Shown piece by piece: positions 62,755-64,000 of a stretch of DNA of 64,000 nucleotides. The position numbers and the translations under genes were made by a program. The notes below the pieces were generated by a model, which searched no databases, was not told the origin of the DNA, and saw nothing but the letters and a program-made list of their open reading frames with translations. This DNA is from Bacillota bacterium (GTDB taxonomy: Bacteria > Bacillota > Clostridia > Christensenellales > CAMQZB01). The DNA lies in assembly GCA_044426045.1 (NCBI GenBank), contig JAWXUX010000007.1:26318-90317 (forward strand), given 5' to 3'. The stretch's first letter is position 1. Each line of letters opens with the position of its first letter.

Positions 62755-63064
62755 TTTATCCTCCATTAATATAATTTTTTAACCATAAATAATATTGACA
62801 TTACCTTGCAATAATAATCAATCACTAAAATACAAATCACGAGTGTAAACTTTATCCAGTACGTCTGCGAGGTCTTCTGAATAGCGGTTTGCTATTATGA
62901 CGTCGGCGAGGAATTTAAATTCGTCGATAGTTCTCATTACTTTAGAATTGAAAACAAGCCCTCTGCCATCAAAAGTTCAAAGATGACCACTTCTCTATGC
63001 CTTTTGCTTTAATTCGCTTCATAGCCCCCTGAATTGAGCTTTGACGAAAGTTGTCATTTTATTA

Positions 63065-63670
63065 CTATCTTCCTTTATACATCTTATCGTAATAATCTGC
63101 ATATTCTCCGCTTAAGATGTCTTGCCACCATTTTTTGTTGTTTAGATACCAATCGATTGTTTTTTTTATACCATCAGCGAACTTAGTTTCTGGGAGCCAG
63201 CCTAGTTCGTTGTGGATTTTTGTTGGATCGATGGCGTAGCGCATGTCGTGACCTTTTCTGTCGGTTACGTATTTGATTAGGCTTTCTGGTTTATTGAGTT
63301 CTTTTAAAATCAGCTTTACAATGTCTATGTTTGCCATTTCGTTGTGACCACCGATGTTATATACTTCGCCTATTCTTCCTTTATGTATGATCAAATCGAT
63401 TGCTTTACAATGATCTTCAACGTATAGCCAATCTCTCACGTTTAAACCTTCGCCATAAACCGGGAGGTCTTTATTATTCAAACAATTTGCAATCATAAGT
63501 GGAATCAATTTTTCCGGGAAGTGGTACGGTCCATAGTTATTTGAACATCTTGAGATTGTCACCGGCAAGCCGTATGTTCTGTGATACGCTTGCACCAACA
63601 AATCAGCACTGGCTTTGCTTGCGCTGTATGGGCTTGATGTATGAATTGGCGTTTCTTCAGTGAACAGCAG
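63065..63670 (-). pseudogene. rfbB: dTDP-glucose 4,6-dehydratase, 5'-truncated (about the C-terminal 200 aa only)
   Basis: [55 protein letters not shown]... is the RfbB core. Homology stops at about 63670, next to an in-frame TAG, and no N-terminal Rossmann part is present. Confidence 0.8.
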
Positions 63671-64000
63671 CTACCCACAATTATAATGGCTAGCATTATA
63701 TATTCAATATTCTCCCTTTATACTCCACTTCTCAGTGATAGAGTAATCGCAACTGTTTTTCGTAGCTCAAGTGATCAATACAGGCTCGTGTTAGTTTCTT
63801 TTTTACTCACGAAAACAATAAAAATCGTGTTCCATAGCTGTCCACTTTTTTGTATGCAATTTGAGTTGGTTTGCCAATATGGCGATTTTAGATTCATCGT
63901 CTATTATTTGATTATCTCTCGTTTATCCAATTATTCCACTACCAAAATAATTCAATCAATAATAAATAGCCATTACTCTTATCCCAACAAAAGAAATACC

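Larger units (their letters stand above)
39700..63060. mobile_element. AT-rich accessory island carrying a large serine recombinase and stacked defence/TA-like modules (boundaries approximate)
   Basis: Composition is visibly more AT-rich than 1-39 kb (not computed). It holds a serine recombinase, RhuM, Bro-N, XRE, Fic, DarT-like and helicase modules. The right flank is a truncated rfbB with gene remnants. Confidence 0.4.

Noticed and set aside
62818-62937. 39-codon ORF just upstream of the rSAM operon as a RiPP precursor peptide
   Set aside because: It has no RBS, its composition matches the higher-GC flank rather than the AT-rich cassette, and it has no Cys/Ser/Thr-rich core. It is kept only as an alternative to test with RODEO.
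63671-64000. Group II intron or IS end interrupting rfbB
   Set aside because: No domain V-like sequence and no GUGYG/AY boundaries were seen. Only a 38-codon open frame without a start is present, which is insufficient to name an element.

Overview
Low-GC, Firmicutes/Clostridia-like chromosomal window (AGGAGG-type RBS, standard code with TAA/TAG/TGA all used as stops), coded almost entirely on the minus strand. 1-26.9 kb looks core-like. It holds a partial T-box leader at the left edge, a YhcH-family gene, kdgK-eda-PFK and a MATE pump. A long uronate/oligosaccharide utilisation operon follows: IclR regulator, LplABC-type ABC importer with its own MsmK-like ATPase, two cytoplasmic heparinase II/III-like proteins, a KdgF-like cupin and an SDR. 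An AEC transporter, putP and mnmA complete this part. Its intergenic spaces carry two families of long-hairpin repeats: heptad-armed hairpins (3 copies) and a 160-180 nt MITE-like element (2 copies, opposite orientation). 27.3-34.5 kb is one ~7.3 kb giant surface-protein gene broken by a +1 frameshift and an in-frame TAG. 34.7-39.6 kb holds an ArsR regulator plus a Cys/His-repeat metal permease and small HTH/membrane genes. 39.7-63 kb is visibly more AT-rich and looks like an accessory/defence island. It contains Fic, an HTH-macro-DarT-like module, a RecQ-PRTase / DprA-like / AEP-helicase-HKD triad (in-frame TAA), RhuM, a large serine recombinase and Bro-N/XRE genes. It also contains a membrane-anchored ParA-like ATPase and a radical-SAM / HAD / CYTH / radical-SAM cassette that I cannot assign to any named system; this cassette is my best candidate for a new system. 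The window ends in a 5'-truncated rfbB. No rRNA, tRNA or CRISPR array was seen by eye. All calls rest on reading the translations and DNA; no searches were run.
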